Source: Candidatus Vogelbacteria bacterium
GTDB lineage: Bacteria; Patescibacteriota; Minisyncoccia; Phycocordibacterales; XYD1-FULL-46-19
Assembly: GCA_021414225.1 (NCBI GenBank)
Contig: JAIOOX010000002.1
Location: 161,118-225,117 of the forward strand
DNA: 64,000 nucleotides
Reading direction: 5' to 3'
The translations under genes were made by a program, and so were the position numbers. How positions within the stretch are numbered: position 1 is the first letter of the stretch; every line of letters starts with the position of its first letter. This document shows positions 1 to 9,241 of the stretch, one piece after another. Under the pieces are notes generated by a model. The model searched no databases. It saw nothing but the letters and a program-made list of their open reading frames with translations, and was not told where the DNA came from.

Positions 1-1411
1 GGATGGAGGACTCTGACAAGAGGACTTCCATCACCATCACACCTTCTTTTTCCGCTTCGGTGCGGGCGCGCTGTTCCATTGCTTCCTCCAGGGAGGGGCG
101 ATTTTCCAGCAAGTCCATCACCTTGACGGGGCGGAATTCGTGAACGAGTTCAGTCTTGGGCTCACCTGTTTTCTCGTCGATGATCGGCTTGCCGTCGGTG
201 CCGAGTACTGCCCGCTGTTGCTTGAAGGGGATTTGGGCCCCACCCAGCACATCACGGACAACCGAGCGGATGACCGGGGTCACCACGCGGTTTTCGATGA
301 TTTCAGAGGTGTTGTCTCCGGTCAGGCCGAGGGCTGCTGCCACAAAGGGTGCGCGGTCTGGGCTGATTTGCACCATCACACGGAGCTCCTGTGGGACGTC
401 CCAGCCTTCTGGCTTGGCAAAGATGGCTGTGTCGGCCGCTTCTGGAACGGGCTGGATTTCCTTTTCCGCCAGTTTCTCGACGATCTTGCCTTGGTCGTCG
501 ACCGATACATCTACGGTCCGGCGAGTGTACCCGCCTTTGTACTCATACACCTGCGCTATGGTGGGCACGTGTGTAATTTTGTACGCGGCCGTATTGATGT
601 AGTAGAGTCCGTTGGGAAGTGGCTCTTCCCACACACCGATAGCACCGACCGGTACCAGGAGAGCCTTGGCTCGCCCGATGGGGAGTGTTTGGTCGCCGAG
701 CACTTTCAAGGTTCCATCCTTGGGTGCTTCGCGCTTAAACGCTCCGAAGTCAACCGCCGCGAGGACCGACGACTTGACGACACCGACCGTGCCCTGCTCA
801 ATGCGCGTCGCCGGGATGATTTCCGGTTTTGCCCACAAGTGGGGGTTGATGGTGTACATACCGGGTGTGAGAACCGTTGTCTGCGGTCCGCGTTGCCCTT
901 TGCCTTCCGTGAGGAAGTGGGTGGCATCGTTGGCCATCAGCATCTTCTCGGCGTCCGTCCAAGGCTGGGCGAAAGCTGACCCTCCGGTAATGTGAGCTCC
1001 GTCCTTGGCGGACATGAGTGCACATTGGCCGTTGGGCACATTGAGTACTTCCTCGTAGTCGACCTTGTGGGTCAACGTGAGGAACATCTCAAAGTGAAAG
1101 CCTGGGGTCAGGATCCGCGCTTGCGGACCGAGCTCCCCAGCCAAGGCGACGATGCGTCCCGGGGGGAGTGACTTGCCGAGGTAGACCCGGTTGAGGGTCA
1201 TGATCTCCCCGGCGGGCACCCATACCATACTGGTGCCGATGAAGGCCCAGAACATGACGAGGGCGGCCACCGGGTACAGAACCCGGCTGCCGATGCGCAT
1301 GTACCGCGTTTCTTCCGCTTCGCGCTCGGGATCGGTTGCCATTTTTCGCAGGAACTTTGCTCCCACGATCAAGGCGATGGCCGCCAGGGCCTTCAAGGTG
1401 AACCAAAACAT
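1..1411 (-). CDS. SPFH/band-7 (flotillin/YqiK-like) membrane protein; 3' end cut by window edge
   Basis: Translated by hand, the minus frame is open from the ATG at 1411-1409 to position 1 with no stop. An AAGGAG Shine-Dalgarno sits 8 nt upstream. Protein: MFWFTLKALAAIALIVGAKFL..., a second hydrophobic helix, then ...ISPDRAPFVAAALGLTGDNTSEIIENRVV. Plus-strand ORFs 140-979, 156-602 and 612-995 read as antisense shadows in ~60% GC DNA. The family call is from domain architecture recalled by eye. Confidence 0.5.
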   Translation of the reverse strand, partial: MFWFTLKALAAIALIVGAKFLRKMATDPEREAEETRYMRIGSRVLYPVAALVMFWAFIGTSMVWVPAGEIMTLNRVYLGKSLPPGRIVALAGELGPQARILTPGFHFEMFLTLTHKVDYEEVLNVPNGQCALMSAKDGAHITGGSAFAQPWTDAEKMLMANDATHFLTEGKGQRGPQTTVLTPGMYTINPHLWAKPEIIPATRIEQGTVGVVKSSVLAAVDFGAFKREAPKDGTLKVLGDQTLPIGRAKALLVPVGAIGVWEEPLPNGLYYINTAAYKITHVPTIAQVYEYKGGYTRRTVDVSVDDQGKIVEKLAEKEIQPVPEAADTAIFAKPEGWDVPQELRVMVQISPDRAPFVAAALGLTGDNTSEIIENRVVTPVIRSVVRDVLGGAQIPFKQQRAVLGTDGKPIIDEKTGEPKTELVHEFRPVKVMDLLENRPSLEEAMEQRARTEAEKEGVMVMEVLLSESSI

Positions 1412-1779
1412 TCTAACTTCTCCTTAACAGTGTCCGGCTTTTCAGGCTCGGACTGGATTGCTTGGACAAACTCGATACAAACCGTATCTAATTCGCCAAG
1501 GGTTTAAAAAAGCCTTACCTAAAGCCTCTTTAAACCCTTGGCGAAAAACTATTCTTGAATTATTAAAGATCAAATTATTATGGGGATAATTACTATCACA
1601 TTTAAAATAAAAAGTCAATAGTTTAGGTTTGGGATGGGGCGTACAGATATTAAAGGTTTTTAAAAAAACTCTATTGATGACCAGAAATAAACTTTCTAAG
1701 TGGGGCGTGTCTTGGTGGAAATTTTGTAGTAATACTAGTGAAAAGTTTTATTTTTAAGTGGTCAGAAACAAAGCAAAAA

Positions 1780-2100
1780 TTAAACCCCCGGCCGGTTTTG
1801 GCGCGGGGGGGTAGCGGGGGCGTAGATTGTCCCGCGGTTGGTTGTTTTTGTTACTCGCAGATACACCCACCCATCCTTGATAACAAGCTGTTCAGGGTAG
1901 TCAACTCTGACGGCGACGGTGTTGCCGGCGGGTTGGGCGTGATCTGTGGTGATGACCACTGTCAAAACCTCCTGGTCTAGAACTTTGAGGGTAGGCACAT
2001 CAACGATTTTGTACCAACCTTCGTCCGTTTGTTCTCCTACTAAGGTGGCACAGCCACCAAGGTTGATTAGTATGACAAAACAAGTAAGTAGAGTTCTCAC
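1780..2100 (-). CDS. small secreted/lipoprotein candidate
   Basis: N-terminus MRTLLTCFVILINLGGCAT gives a signal peptide with an LGGC lipobox. A GC-rich hairpin lies at the 3' end. No family recognised. Confidence 0.35.
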   Translation of the reverse strand: MRTLLTCFVILINLGGCATLVGEQTDEGWYKIVDVPTLKVLDQEVLTVVITTDHAQPAGNTVAVRVDYPEQLVIKDGWVYLRVTKTTNRGTIYAPATPPRQNRPGV

Positions 2101-2256
2101 TGACCTTCTCCTCTCTATAGTTTTAAGGTCCTATATTATTTTAACATAATTATTTGTATTTGTCCATTCAAATTAGATTGGTGAGAAGGGGCACAAGGTG
2201 GGATTGGAATTGTAAGAAAAGAAAACCGCCCTCCAACGGTCTTCGTTGAGGACGGA

Positions 2257-2895
2257 TTATGGTTTACGAACCACTAACCACAAAAGGCGATGGGGTTGCG
2301 GACCTACTGGCGTCGGCGCTAAGTCATTTTCCAGACGAGATTCCAGAACTTCCCAGTCACGGTACTGCCCGCAAATTTCTTCTTCTCGGAAAAACATGGG
2401 CGGATAGACATTGTGAATTTGTCTAATTACGCTTGCGCATTCGCTATCTAAATGAATATGGAGAAGATGTACCCCTCCCGAGACAGTGTGGTCCCGGCAC
2501 CGATCAACGAGTTCTCTCCATTTCTCGACTGAGAAATAGTGAGACAAGTTGAAAAGCGTAATCGCATCGTATTGACGGGTTAAGTCAGTCACTCCCACAT
2601 CCGCAACCCGTGCTTCAACAGAACCCTCTGGATAGAAACGTTTCCAAAAGGTAGCCACCTTTTGAAGATGTTCAACTGCTACACTCGACAAATCGAAAGC
2701 GTCTGCGTGCCAACCATGCCGTGCAAACCACAAAGCGTGTTGTCCTCGCCCCGAGCCAAGATCGAGTACTCGACCTTTCTTTCCATTGAAATAAGGGCCG
2801 AATGTCTCCAGTTGAGGTAAGATAGAAGCGCTTTCGTGGTCCTCTAAAGACTTTCGCCAATGGTCGTCAAAGAAGTTGGTTAGGTTAGGATCCAC
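2257..2895 (-). CDS. class I SAM-dependent methyltransferase (TehB-like fold)
   Basis: VLDLGSGRGQHALWFARHGW glycine-rich SAM motif, followed by an acidic motif-II-like DAF. 212 aa. Confidence 0.65.
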   Translation of the reverse strand: MDPNLTNFFDDHWRKSLEDHESASILPQLETFGPYFNGKKGRVLDLGSGRGQHALWFARHGWHADAFDLSSVAVEHLQKVATFWKRFYPEGSVEARVADVGVTDLTRQYDAITLFNLSHYFSVEKWRELVDRCRDHTVSGGVHLLHIHLDSECASVIRQIHNVYPPMFFREEEICGQYRDWEVLESRLENDLAPTPVGPQPHRLLWLVVRKP

Positions 2896-3009
2896 GACAC
2901 ACCTCCCTATATTTTCCCAAAAATCTCTATTAGTAGTTACTTGTTCGCTACCAATTAATCTTCACTTCTTTTACTTTTATATAATAAATATATAACTTAG
3001 TCAATACAG

Positions 3010-3082
3010 TGGACCTTAGCGGACTCGAACCGCTCGCCTCATCCATGCCATGGATGCGCTCTACCAGATGAGCTAAAGGCCC
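3010..3082 (-). tRNA. tRNA-Ala (anticodon GGC)
   Basis: The reverse complement folds as a cloverleaf: acceptor GGGCCTT/AAGGTCC with the G3:U70 Ala identity pair, D-arm GCTC/GAGC, anticodon stem CATCC/GGATG with loop ATGGCAT, and T-arm AGCGG-TTCGAGT-CCGCT. 73 nt. CCA is not encoded. Confidence 0.8.
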
Positions 3083-3088
3083 TTAACA

Positions 3089-3340
3089 TTGAAAATCTAT
3101 CATTTTTTTGCTACTGTTTCAATCATGATTAAAGATTTTTTAATGCGTAAAATGCTAAAAAGCCAGGGTGTACCCGAAGGGCAGATTGATCAACTCTTAA
3201 ATATTATAAATAAAAATCCAGAGTTATTTAAAAAAATAGCTGAAGAAGTTCAGGTTAAAGTAAAGGGAGGAAAACCACAGATGGAGGCTACGATGGAAGT
3301 AATGAAAAATTACGAAGCTGAACTTAAAAAATTAGTCTAA
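3089..3340 (+). CDS. small hypothetical protein; real start probably at an internal ATG near 3146/3155
   Basis: The ORF runs immediately after the tRNA and its stop overlaps the ychF start (TAATG). No family recognised. Confidence 0.3.
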   Translation: MKIYHFFATVSIMIKDFLMRKMLKSQGVPEGQIDQLLNIINKNPELFKKIAEEVQVKVKGGKPQMEATMEVMKNYEAELKKLV

Positions 3341-4419
3341 TGGGATTATCGATCGGAATTGTCGGGTTACCAAACGTTGGAAAATCGACGCTGTTTAATG
3401 CGCTGACTAAAAAAAGTGTCCCAGCGGAGAATTATCCGTTTTGTACTATTGATCCGTCAGTAGGTGTGGTCGCTGTACCAGATGAAAGGCTTTACAAACT
3501 AGCTGAGTTTTCTAAATCAGCCAAAACAGTGCCGGCGGCGGTTGAGTTTGTTGATATTGCTGGTCTGGTCAAAGGCGCTTCGGAAGGTGAAGGTCTGGGA
3601 AATCAATTTCTTCAACATATTCGCGAGGTAGATGCTATTGCCCAAGTGGTACGGATATTTGAAGATGGGAATATTACTCACGTGTCTGGAAAAGTCGATC
3701 CGATGTCTGATGTGGAGACTATCAACCTAGAACTCATTTTAGCTGATTTACAAACCATTACTAAACGACTAGGTAATATCAGTCGAGAAGTAAAAAGGGG
3801 TGATAAAGAAGCCGTGGCTGAAAATATTGTTTTAGAAAAAATTAAATCAGCCTTAGAAGCTGGTCAGCTAGCCTCGGCTGTCTCTTTAGATGACAAAGAG
3901 GAAATTTATCGACGCAATATGCATTTATTGTCGGCTAAACCGATTATGTATGTTTTGAACCAGAAATCTGGTTCACCTCAAGCAGATACAGCTCGGTTTG
4001 AAGAATTTTTAAAAACATCTGGAGCGAAATTTGTGACCGTCGATGCCAGAATTGAACACGAATTGTCAGAGTTGGAAGCGGGGGACAAAGAAGAATTCAA
4101 ACAAGAGTTGGGTGTAGAAAATGATGGGGTTAATGATTTGATTAAAACTAGTTATGACCTTTTAGGTCTGATGAGTTATTTTACGACCGGTGCAGACGAA
4201 ACACGTGGTTGGACTATTAAGAAAAATTCGACCGCCCCAGTGGCTGGTATGGCAATCCATACTGATTTTAAAGATAAGTTTATTCGCGCGGAGGTGGTCA
4301 ATTGGCAGAAACTTTTAGAAGCTGGATCGATGGGTAAAGCGCGAGAACTTGGTCTGGTTCGCACTGAAGGTAAAGAATATATTGTCCAAGACGGTGATTG
4401 TGTCGAGTTTAAAATCTAG
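3340..4419 (+). CDS. ychF: ribosome-binding ATPase YchF (Obg-family GTPase)
   Basis: MGLSIGIVGLPNVGKSTLFNALT P-loop, FCTIDPSVGVV, C-terminal TGS-like region. 359 aa. Confidence 0.9.
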   Translation: MGLSIGIVGLPNVGKSTLFNALTKKSVPAENYPFCTIDPSVGVVAVPDERLYKLAEFSKSAKTVPAAVEFVDIAGLVKGASEGEGLGNQFLQHIREVDAIAQVVRIFEDGNITHVSGKVDPMSDVETINLELILADLQTITKRLGNISREVKRGDKEAVAENIVLEKIKSALEAGQLASAVSLDDKEEIYRRNMHLLSAKPIMYVLNQKSGSPQADTARFEEFLKTSGAKFVTVDARIEHELSELEAGDKEEFKQELGVENDGVNDLIKTSYDLLGLMSYFTTGADETRGWTIKKNSTAPVAGMAIHTDFKDKFIRAEVVNWQKLLEAGSMGKARELGLVRTEGKEYIVQDGDCVEFKI

Positions 4420-4634
4420 ATAAAGGAAAAACCACAAAAATTTCAGGGTTTGAATAGATCGTTCGCTCGCCGCTACTAAACCTCCCTTTATTTTTGTGGT
4501 GGTCCATCCTGTCACTCCTAATAGAGAGAGGGTGAGTTGACCAGTCTTTCACCCCGAATATTTGTACGTTACCATCTTTTCATGGACCCTACAAACCTTA
4601 GTGATAATTTTATTTTTCTGTTAATTGTGGTATA

Positions 4635-5189
4635 GTGCGAATTATGAAAAATACACACATCCTCAAGTGGGCACTTATTTTAGGAATTATTATTGTGCTT
4701 AATCTCTTTGTGAATTTCTCCATTGCTTTAGTTTATGACGCTCCTGTTTGGGATAAATTTTGTCCACAACAACAAGTAACAGTACCTCCAGATACTCAGG
4801 AAAAATGTGTGGCGATTGGTGGTGGTTGGACAGAAAACATTAATTACAACCAAGCGATAACCAAACCAGTACCAGCTGACTTCAAAGAACCAAAAGGTTA
4901 CTGTGATCCAAACTTTACTTGCCAGAAAACATACACTGAAGCCAATAGTCTTTATAATCGAAATGTTTTTATTATTTTGGTGATTGCTGGGGTGGCTGCT
5001 TTAGGGGTTGGTTTTGCTTTAGGTTCTTACCCGGCTGTTTCTCTCGGTCTATCATTTGGTGGGGTGTTGTCATTTATTGTGGCTACTATCCGCTACTGGT
5101 CTGATATGGACGACTACTTACGAGTTATTATCCTAGGTTTGGCTCTGATAGCCCTAATTTGGTTGGGTATTAAAAAGATCAAAGAATAA
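4635..5189 (+). CDS. membrane protein, hypothetical; the ATG at 4644 is the likely start (leaderless)
   Basis: N-terminal TM plus two C-terminal TM helices. An extended -10 TGGTATAGT at 4628-4636 ends 7 nt before ATG 4644. Confidence 0.55.
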   Translation: MRIMKNTHILKWALILGIIIVLNLFVNFSIALVYDAPVWDKFCPQQQVTVPPDTQEKCVAIGGGWTENINYNQAITKPVPADFKEPKGYCDPNFTCQKTYTEANSLYNRNVFIILVIAGVAALGVGFALGSYPAVSLGLSFGGVLSFIVATIRYWSDMDDYLRVIILGLALIALIWLGIKKIKE

Positions 5190-5197
5190 ATTAAATT

Positions 5198-8071
5198 ATG
5201 GCCGTTCCGAAAAAGCTCACAGAGTACGACCACAAAAAGATTGAAAAAAAGTGGCAAACCACTTGGACGAAAACTGGTCTCTACAAAACTGAAGAAACTT
5301 CTAAAAAACCAAAGTGTTATGTTCTTGATATGTTTCCTTATCCATCGGGAGAAGGTCTACATGTAGGTCATCCAAAAGGTTATATAGCAACTGATATTTA
5401 TTCTCGTTTTAAAAGAATGAATGGTTTTAATGTTTTGCATCCGATGGGTTGGGATGCTTTTGGGTTACCGGCGGAAAATTATGCTATTAAAAACAAAGTC
5501 CACCCTAAATTAGCGGTTACCAAAAATATTAAACGGTACAAAGAACAGTTGTCGATGATTGGTTTCAATTATGATTGGAAGCGAGAAATCGATACAACCG
5601 ACCCTGAATATTACAAATGGACTCAATGGATTTTTTTACAGTTATACAAAAAAGGTTTAGCTTATGAATCTTTTGAACCAATCAATTGGTGTCCATCTTG
5701 TCAGACAGGCTTAGCTAACGAAGACGTAGAAGATGGAAAGTGTGAGCGTTGTAGTACGGTAGTAGAAAAAAAGCCAATGCGCCAGTGGGTGCTGAAAATT
5801 ACCAAATACGCTGATCGTTTACTGAAAGACTTGGAAACTTTAGATTGGCCAAATTCAATCAAAGAATCTCAGAAAAATTGGATTGGTAAAAGTGAGGGGG
5901 CGTTAATAAAATTTCCTCTAGCTGGTATTACTGGTGAAGCGGATGGTAAATATTCAGTAGAAGTCTTTACTACCAGACCAGATACTATTTTTGGTGTGAC
6001 TTTTGTGGCTATTGCTCCAGAGTTGGCTAAAAAATGGCAAGAGATGGGTTGGCAGACTGAAGACAAAGTAAAAAAATACATTGACCAAGTTTTGATTGAT
6101 CGGGCTAAAACTACCTTCAAAGATAACCCAGAGAAGACGGGTATTTTCGCTGGTGTCTACGCGATCAATCCAGCCAATCAAGAAAAAGTGCCAGTTTGGA
6201 TTACTAATTACGTGTTAGGTGACGTTGGGACTGGAGCGATTATGGCTGTGCCTGCCCACGATGAACGAGATTTTGAGTTTGCTAAAAAATATTTGTTACC
6301 TGTACAGCAGGTAGTAGTTCCAGTACGGATAGACAAAAAGAACCCACCACAGAGTGGTAAAAAAAATGTTGAAAGAAAAACCATTCATGCGTTGGTTGTT
6401 AACCCAAAAACAGGGAAACTTCTATGTCTTAAGTGGAAAAATTTTCCATGGACTGGTTTTGTGGTTGGTGGTGTAGATGAAGGAGAAGATATTGTGATCG
6501 CTGCTCGACGAGAAGTTCTTGAAGAGACGGGTTATAAAAATTTAAAATTAGTTCGTACTTTAGGAGGCTTGGTGCGTGGAGAATATTTTGCAGCTCACAA
6601 AGATGAAAACAGGATTGCCCTTTCTAATGCAATTTTATTTGAACTTCAAAACGAAGATCGTGAGCCTGTTTCTGATGAGGAGAGTGATAAACACGAGGTG
6701 GTGTGGCTTGATCCAAAAACCATAAATCAAGATAATTTTACTTGCGCGGAATTAGATTTGTGGTTTGCGCGTATAAATAATGAAAATGAAGCTTACTCTG
6801 GTTCAGGTGTATTGGTTAACTCTGGAAAATTCACTGGTTTGGAATCCGAGAAGTCTGTAAAAGATATTGTAAAAGCAGTAGGTGGAAAATTAACTTCTAC
6901 CTACAAACTAAAAGATTGGGTTTTTTCTCGACAGCGTTATTGGGGTGAGCCAATCCCGGTTATTCACTGTGGTAAGTGTGGGGTCGTTCCTGTTCCAGAG
7001 AAAGATTTACCGGTCAAATTACCAGAGGTAAAAAGTTATGCGCCAACTGGGACTGGTGAATCACCGCTCGCTGATATTGCTAAGTGGGTGAATACTAAAT
7101 GTCCGACTTGTAAGGGTCCAGCTAAACGAGAGACTAATACTATGCCTCAATGGGCCGGTTCTTCTTGGTATTATTTGCGGTTTATGGATCCTAAAAATAA
7201 AAAAACATTAGTTGATCCTAAAAAGGAAAAATACTGGGCACCAGTCGATATGTATGTTGGTGGTTCAGAACACGCGACCAGACACCTGATCTATGCTCGT
7301 TTTTGGCATAAGTTTTTATATGACATCAAAACAGTCTCAACTAAGGAGCCATTTAAGCGAATTGGTAAAAATTTAGGTTTAATCTTGGGCGCTGATGGCC
7401 GCAAAATGAGTAAACGTTGGGGGAATGTTATCAACCCGGATGATGTGATCAAACTTTATGGAGCTGACACTCTCCGTTTGTATGAAATGTTCATGGGACC
7501 TTTTGATCAAGAAATTGCTTGGAATACAGATAGTATGATTGGCAGTCGGAGGTTCCTAGAAAAGGTTTGGCGTCTGCAATCTAAGGTTACAACTAAAACT
7601 ACCTTGCCTGAAGCTACTGAAATTCTACTAAATCAAACTATTAAAAAAGTTGAAGCAGATATTGAGTCATTTAACTTTAATACTGCTGTTTCAACTCTAA
7701 TGATCTTAGTTAATAATTTGGAGACTTTGGAGTTAGTGCCAGTGTCAGCTTACCAAACCCTACTTTTACTACTGGCCCCCTTTTCACCCCATGTCGCCGA
7801 CGAGCTGTGGGGGTCTACTGGTAACAAGAAATCAATTCACTTAGCTGGCTGGCCAAAATATAATAAACGTAAGTTAGTATCTGATTTAGTGACTATTGTG
7901 GTGCAAGTTAATAGCAAGGTTCGTGATACTTTTGAAGCCAAAAGGGGATTAAGTCAGATTGAAATTGAAAAGCTGGCTATTAGCCGTGAGAGTGTTCAGA
8001 AATGGTTAACTGGTGAAGAATTTAAGAAGGTTATTTTTGTGCCAGATAAGCTTATCAACATAGTAGTCTAG
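5198..8071 (+). CDS. leuS: leucyl-tRNA synthetase with a reduced CP1 region and an embedded Nudix-fold insert
   Basis: PYPSGEGLHVGHPKGY (HIGH), TTRPDTIFG, GTGAIMAVPAHDERDFEFA, VFSRQRYWGEPIP, KMSKRWGN (KMSKS). Only about 80 aa separate TTRPDT from GTGAIMAVPAHDERD. A Nudix box GGVDEGEDIVIAARREVLEETGY lies at 6466-6534. Confidence 0.9.
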   Translation: MAVPKKLTEYDHKKIEKKWQTTWTKTGLYKTEETSKKPKCYVLDMFPYPSGEGLHVGHPKGYIATDIYSRFKRMNGFNVLHPMGWDAFGLPAENYAIKNKVHPKLAVTKNIKRYKEQLSMIGFNYDWKREIDTTDPEYYKWTQWIFLQLYKKGLAYESFEPINWCPSCQTGLANEDVEDGKCERCSTVVEKKPMRQWVLKITKYADRLLKDLETLDWPNSIKESQKNWIGKSEGALIKFPLAGITGEADGKYSVEVFTTRPDTIFGVTFVAIAPELAKKWQEMGWQTEDKVKKYIDQVLIDRAKTTFKDNPEKTGIFAGVYAINPANQEKVPVWITNYVLGDVGTGAIMAVPAHDERDFEFAKKYLLPVQQVVVPVRIDKKNPPQSGKKNVERKTIHALVVNPKTGKLLCLKWKNFPWTGFVVGGVDEGEDIVIAARREVLEETGYKNLKLVRTLGGLVRGEYFAAHKDENRIALSNAILFELQNEDREPVSDEESDKHEVVWLDPKTINQDNFTCAELDLWFARINNENEAYSGSGVLVNSGKFTGLESEKSVKDIVKAVGGKLTSTYKLKDWVFSRQRYWGEPIPVIHCGKCGVVPVPEKDLPVKLPEVKSYAPTGTGESPLADIAKWVNTKCPTCKGPAKRETNTMPQWAGSSWYYLRFMDPKNKKTLVDPKKEKYWAPVDMYVGGSEHATRHLIYARFWHKFLYDIKTVSTKEPFKRIGKNLGLILGADGRKMSKRWGNVINPDDVIKLYGADTLRLYEMFMGPFDQEIAWNTDSMIGSRRFLEKVWRLQSKVTTKTTLPEATEILLNQTIKKVEADIESFNFNTAVSTLMILVNNLETLELVPVSAYQTLLLLLAPFSPHVADELWGSTGNKKSIHLAGWPKYNKRKLVSDLVTIVVQVNSKVRDTFEAKRGLSQIEIEKLAISRESVQKWLTGEEFKKVIFVPDKLINIVV

Positions 8072-8118
8072 GTCCTACCCTTGACGTCTTTAATTAAAAA
8101 TGCTACAAATATAATATT

Positions 8119-9171
8119 ATGCCAAAAGGGAATTCTAAAGATTTAATCACTTTTAAACCCAAAGAGGTCGGTAAGAAGCTCTTGGGCCTTTTACCAGAAC
8201 GAGCCAGAGATATCCTGACTAAGCGTTATGGTTTGGGAAAAAGTGCTGAACACCTAACTCTTGAAGCGATTGGTGGAGAGTACGGTATCACTCGAGAAAG
8301 AGTACGTCAGATTGAAAATTTTGCTTTAAACGGCATCAAAAAATCTGCTGATTTTTCTAAATTTGAACCTATTTTTACTGAATTAAAACAAGTAATGAAT
8401 GATTTTGGTGGGGTGGTTCATGAATTAGAATTTTTGAATGCCTTAGCTAAAGATAAGAGTTCCCAAAACCACATCCACTTCTTACTGGTTATATCAGAAG
8501 CTTTCACTAAACTTAAAGAAGATGAGGATTTTCATCACCGTTGGACCACTGATAAGAATTTTGCTACTCGTATCCACAAGTCACTAACCAACTTGTGTAC
8601 CAACTTATCAGAAAAAGATCTGGTTTCAGAAACCCAATTGTTGGATTCTTTCTTGGTAGAACTTAAAGAAATTGCTGATACCGCTCGGGGCCGTGAAAAA
8701 GAAATGGCTCGTCGTTGGATCACCCTATCTAAAAGTCTAAATCAAAACCCATTAGGTGAATGGGGTTTGTCAAAATCACCAAACGTTCGCATGCGAGGTA
8801 TTCGTGACTACGCCTTCTTGGTTTTACGACAACATGGCTCACCAATGCACTTCAATGAAGTAGCAAAAGGGATTGAAAAATTATTTGGTAAGATTGCTCA
8901 CCCAGCCACTTGTCACAATGAATTGATTAAAGATAAGCGTTTTGTTTTAGTAGGCCGAGGTTTGTACGCTTTAGCTGAATGGGGTTATAACCCTGGAGTA
9001 GTAGCCGACGTTGTTCGGTCTATTCTTAAAAAAGAATCACCTCTAACTAAAGATGAAATTATTGCTCGAGTGATGAAAGAGCGTTATGTTAAGGAAAATA
9101 CTATCTTAGTTAATCTACAAAACCCTAAATTGTTTAAAAAAGATTCTCAAGGTCGCTACAGTATTGTTTAA
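8119..9171 (+). CDS. sigma-70 region-4-like HTH protein with a long C-terminal extension
   Basis: N-terminal LPERARDILTKRYGLGKSAEHLTLEAIGGEYGITRERVRQIENFAL matches the sigma-70 r4 pattern. The remaining 250 aa are not recognised. Confidence 0.55.
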   Translation: MPKGNSKDLITFKPKEVGKKLLGLLPERARDILTKRYGLGKSAEHLTLEAIGGEYGITRERVRQIENFALNGIKKSADFSKFEPIFTELKQVMNDFGGVVHELEFLNALAKDKSSQNHIHFLLVISEAFTKLKEDEDFHHRWTTDKNFATRIHKSLTNLCTNLSEKDLVSETQLLDSFLVELKEIADTARGREKEMARRWITLSKSLNQNPLGEWGLSKSPNVRMRGIRDYAFLVLRQHGSPMHFNEVAKGIEKLFGKIAHPATCHNELIKDKRFVLVGRGLYALAEWGYNPGVVADVVRSILKKESPLTKDEIIARVMKERYVKENTILVNLQNPKLFKKDSQGRYSIV

Positions 9172-9176
9172 ACAAA

Positions 9177-9213
9177 AAGAGCTCAGCTAAAAAATAGCTG
9201 AGCTCTTTTTGTT
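9177..9213 (+). terminator. rho-independent terminator
   Basis: AAGAGCTCAGCT-AAAAAAT-AGCTGAGCTCTT followed by TTTGTT, 6 nt after the stop at 9171. Confidence 0.65.
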
Positions 9214-9241
9214 ATCATTTAAATCGTGTATAATTTAAATT

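Noticed and set aside
140-1025. Plus-strand ORFs 140-979, 156-602, 391-576 and 612-995, and minus-strand 706-927 and 798-1025
   Set aside because: They lie in ~60% GC DNA where long stop-free frames arise by chance. The minus-strand frame running from 1411 to the window edge gives a coherent membrane-protein sequence with a proper Shine-Dalgarno site, so these ORFs are treated as antisense or alternative-frame shadows.
4420-4634. Possible structured ncRNA in the 215-bp gap after ychF (long-range inverted repeat AACCACAAAAAT / ATTTTTGTGGT, and GGGTGA-N14-TCACCC hairpin)
   Set aside because: The stems are AT-rich and weak and no known RNA family motif was recognised. More likely terminator and promoter signals for the flanking genes. 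Kept as low-priority only.
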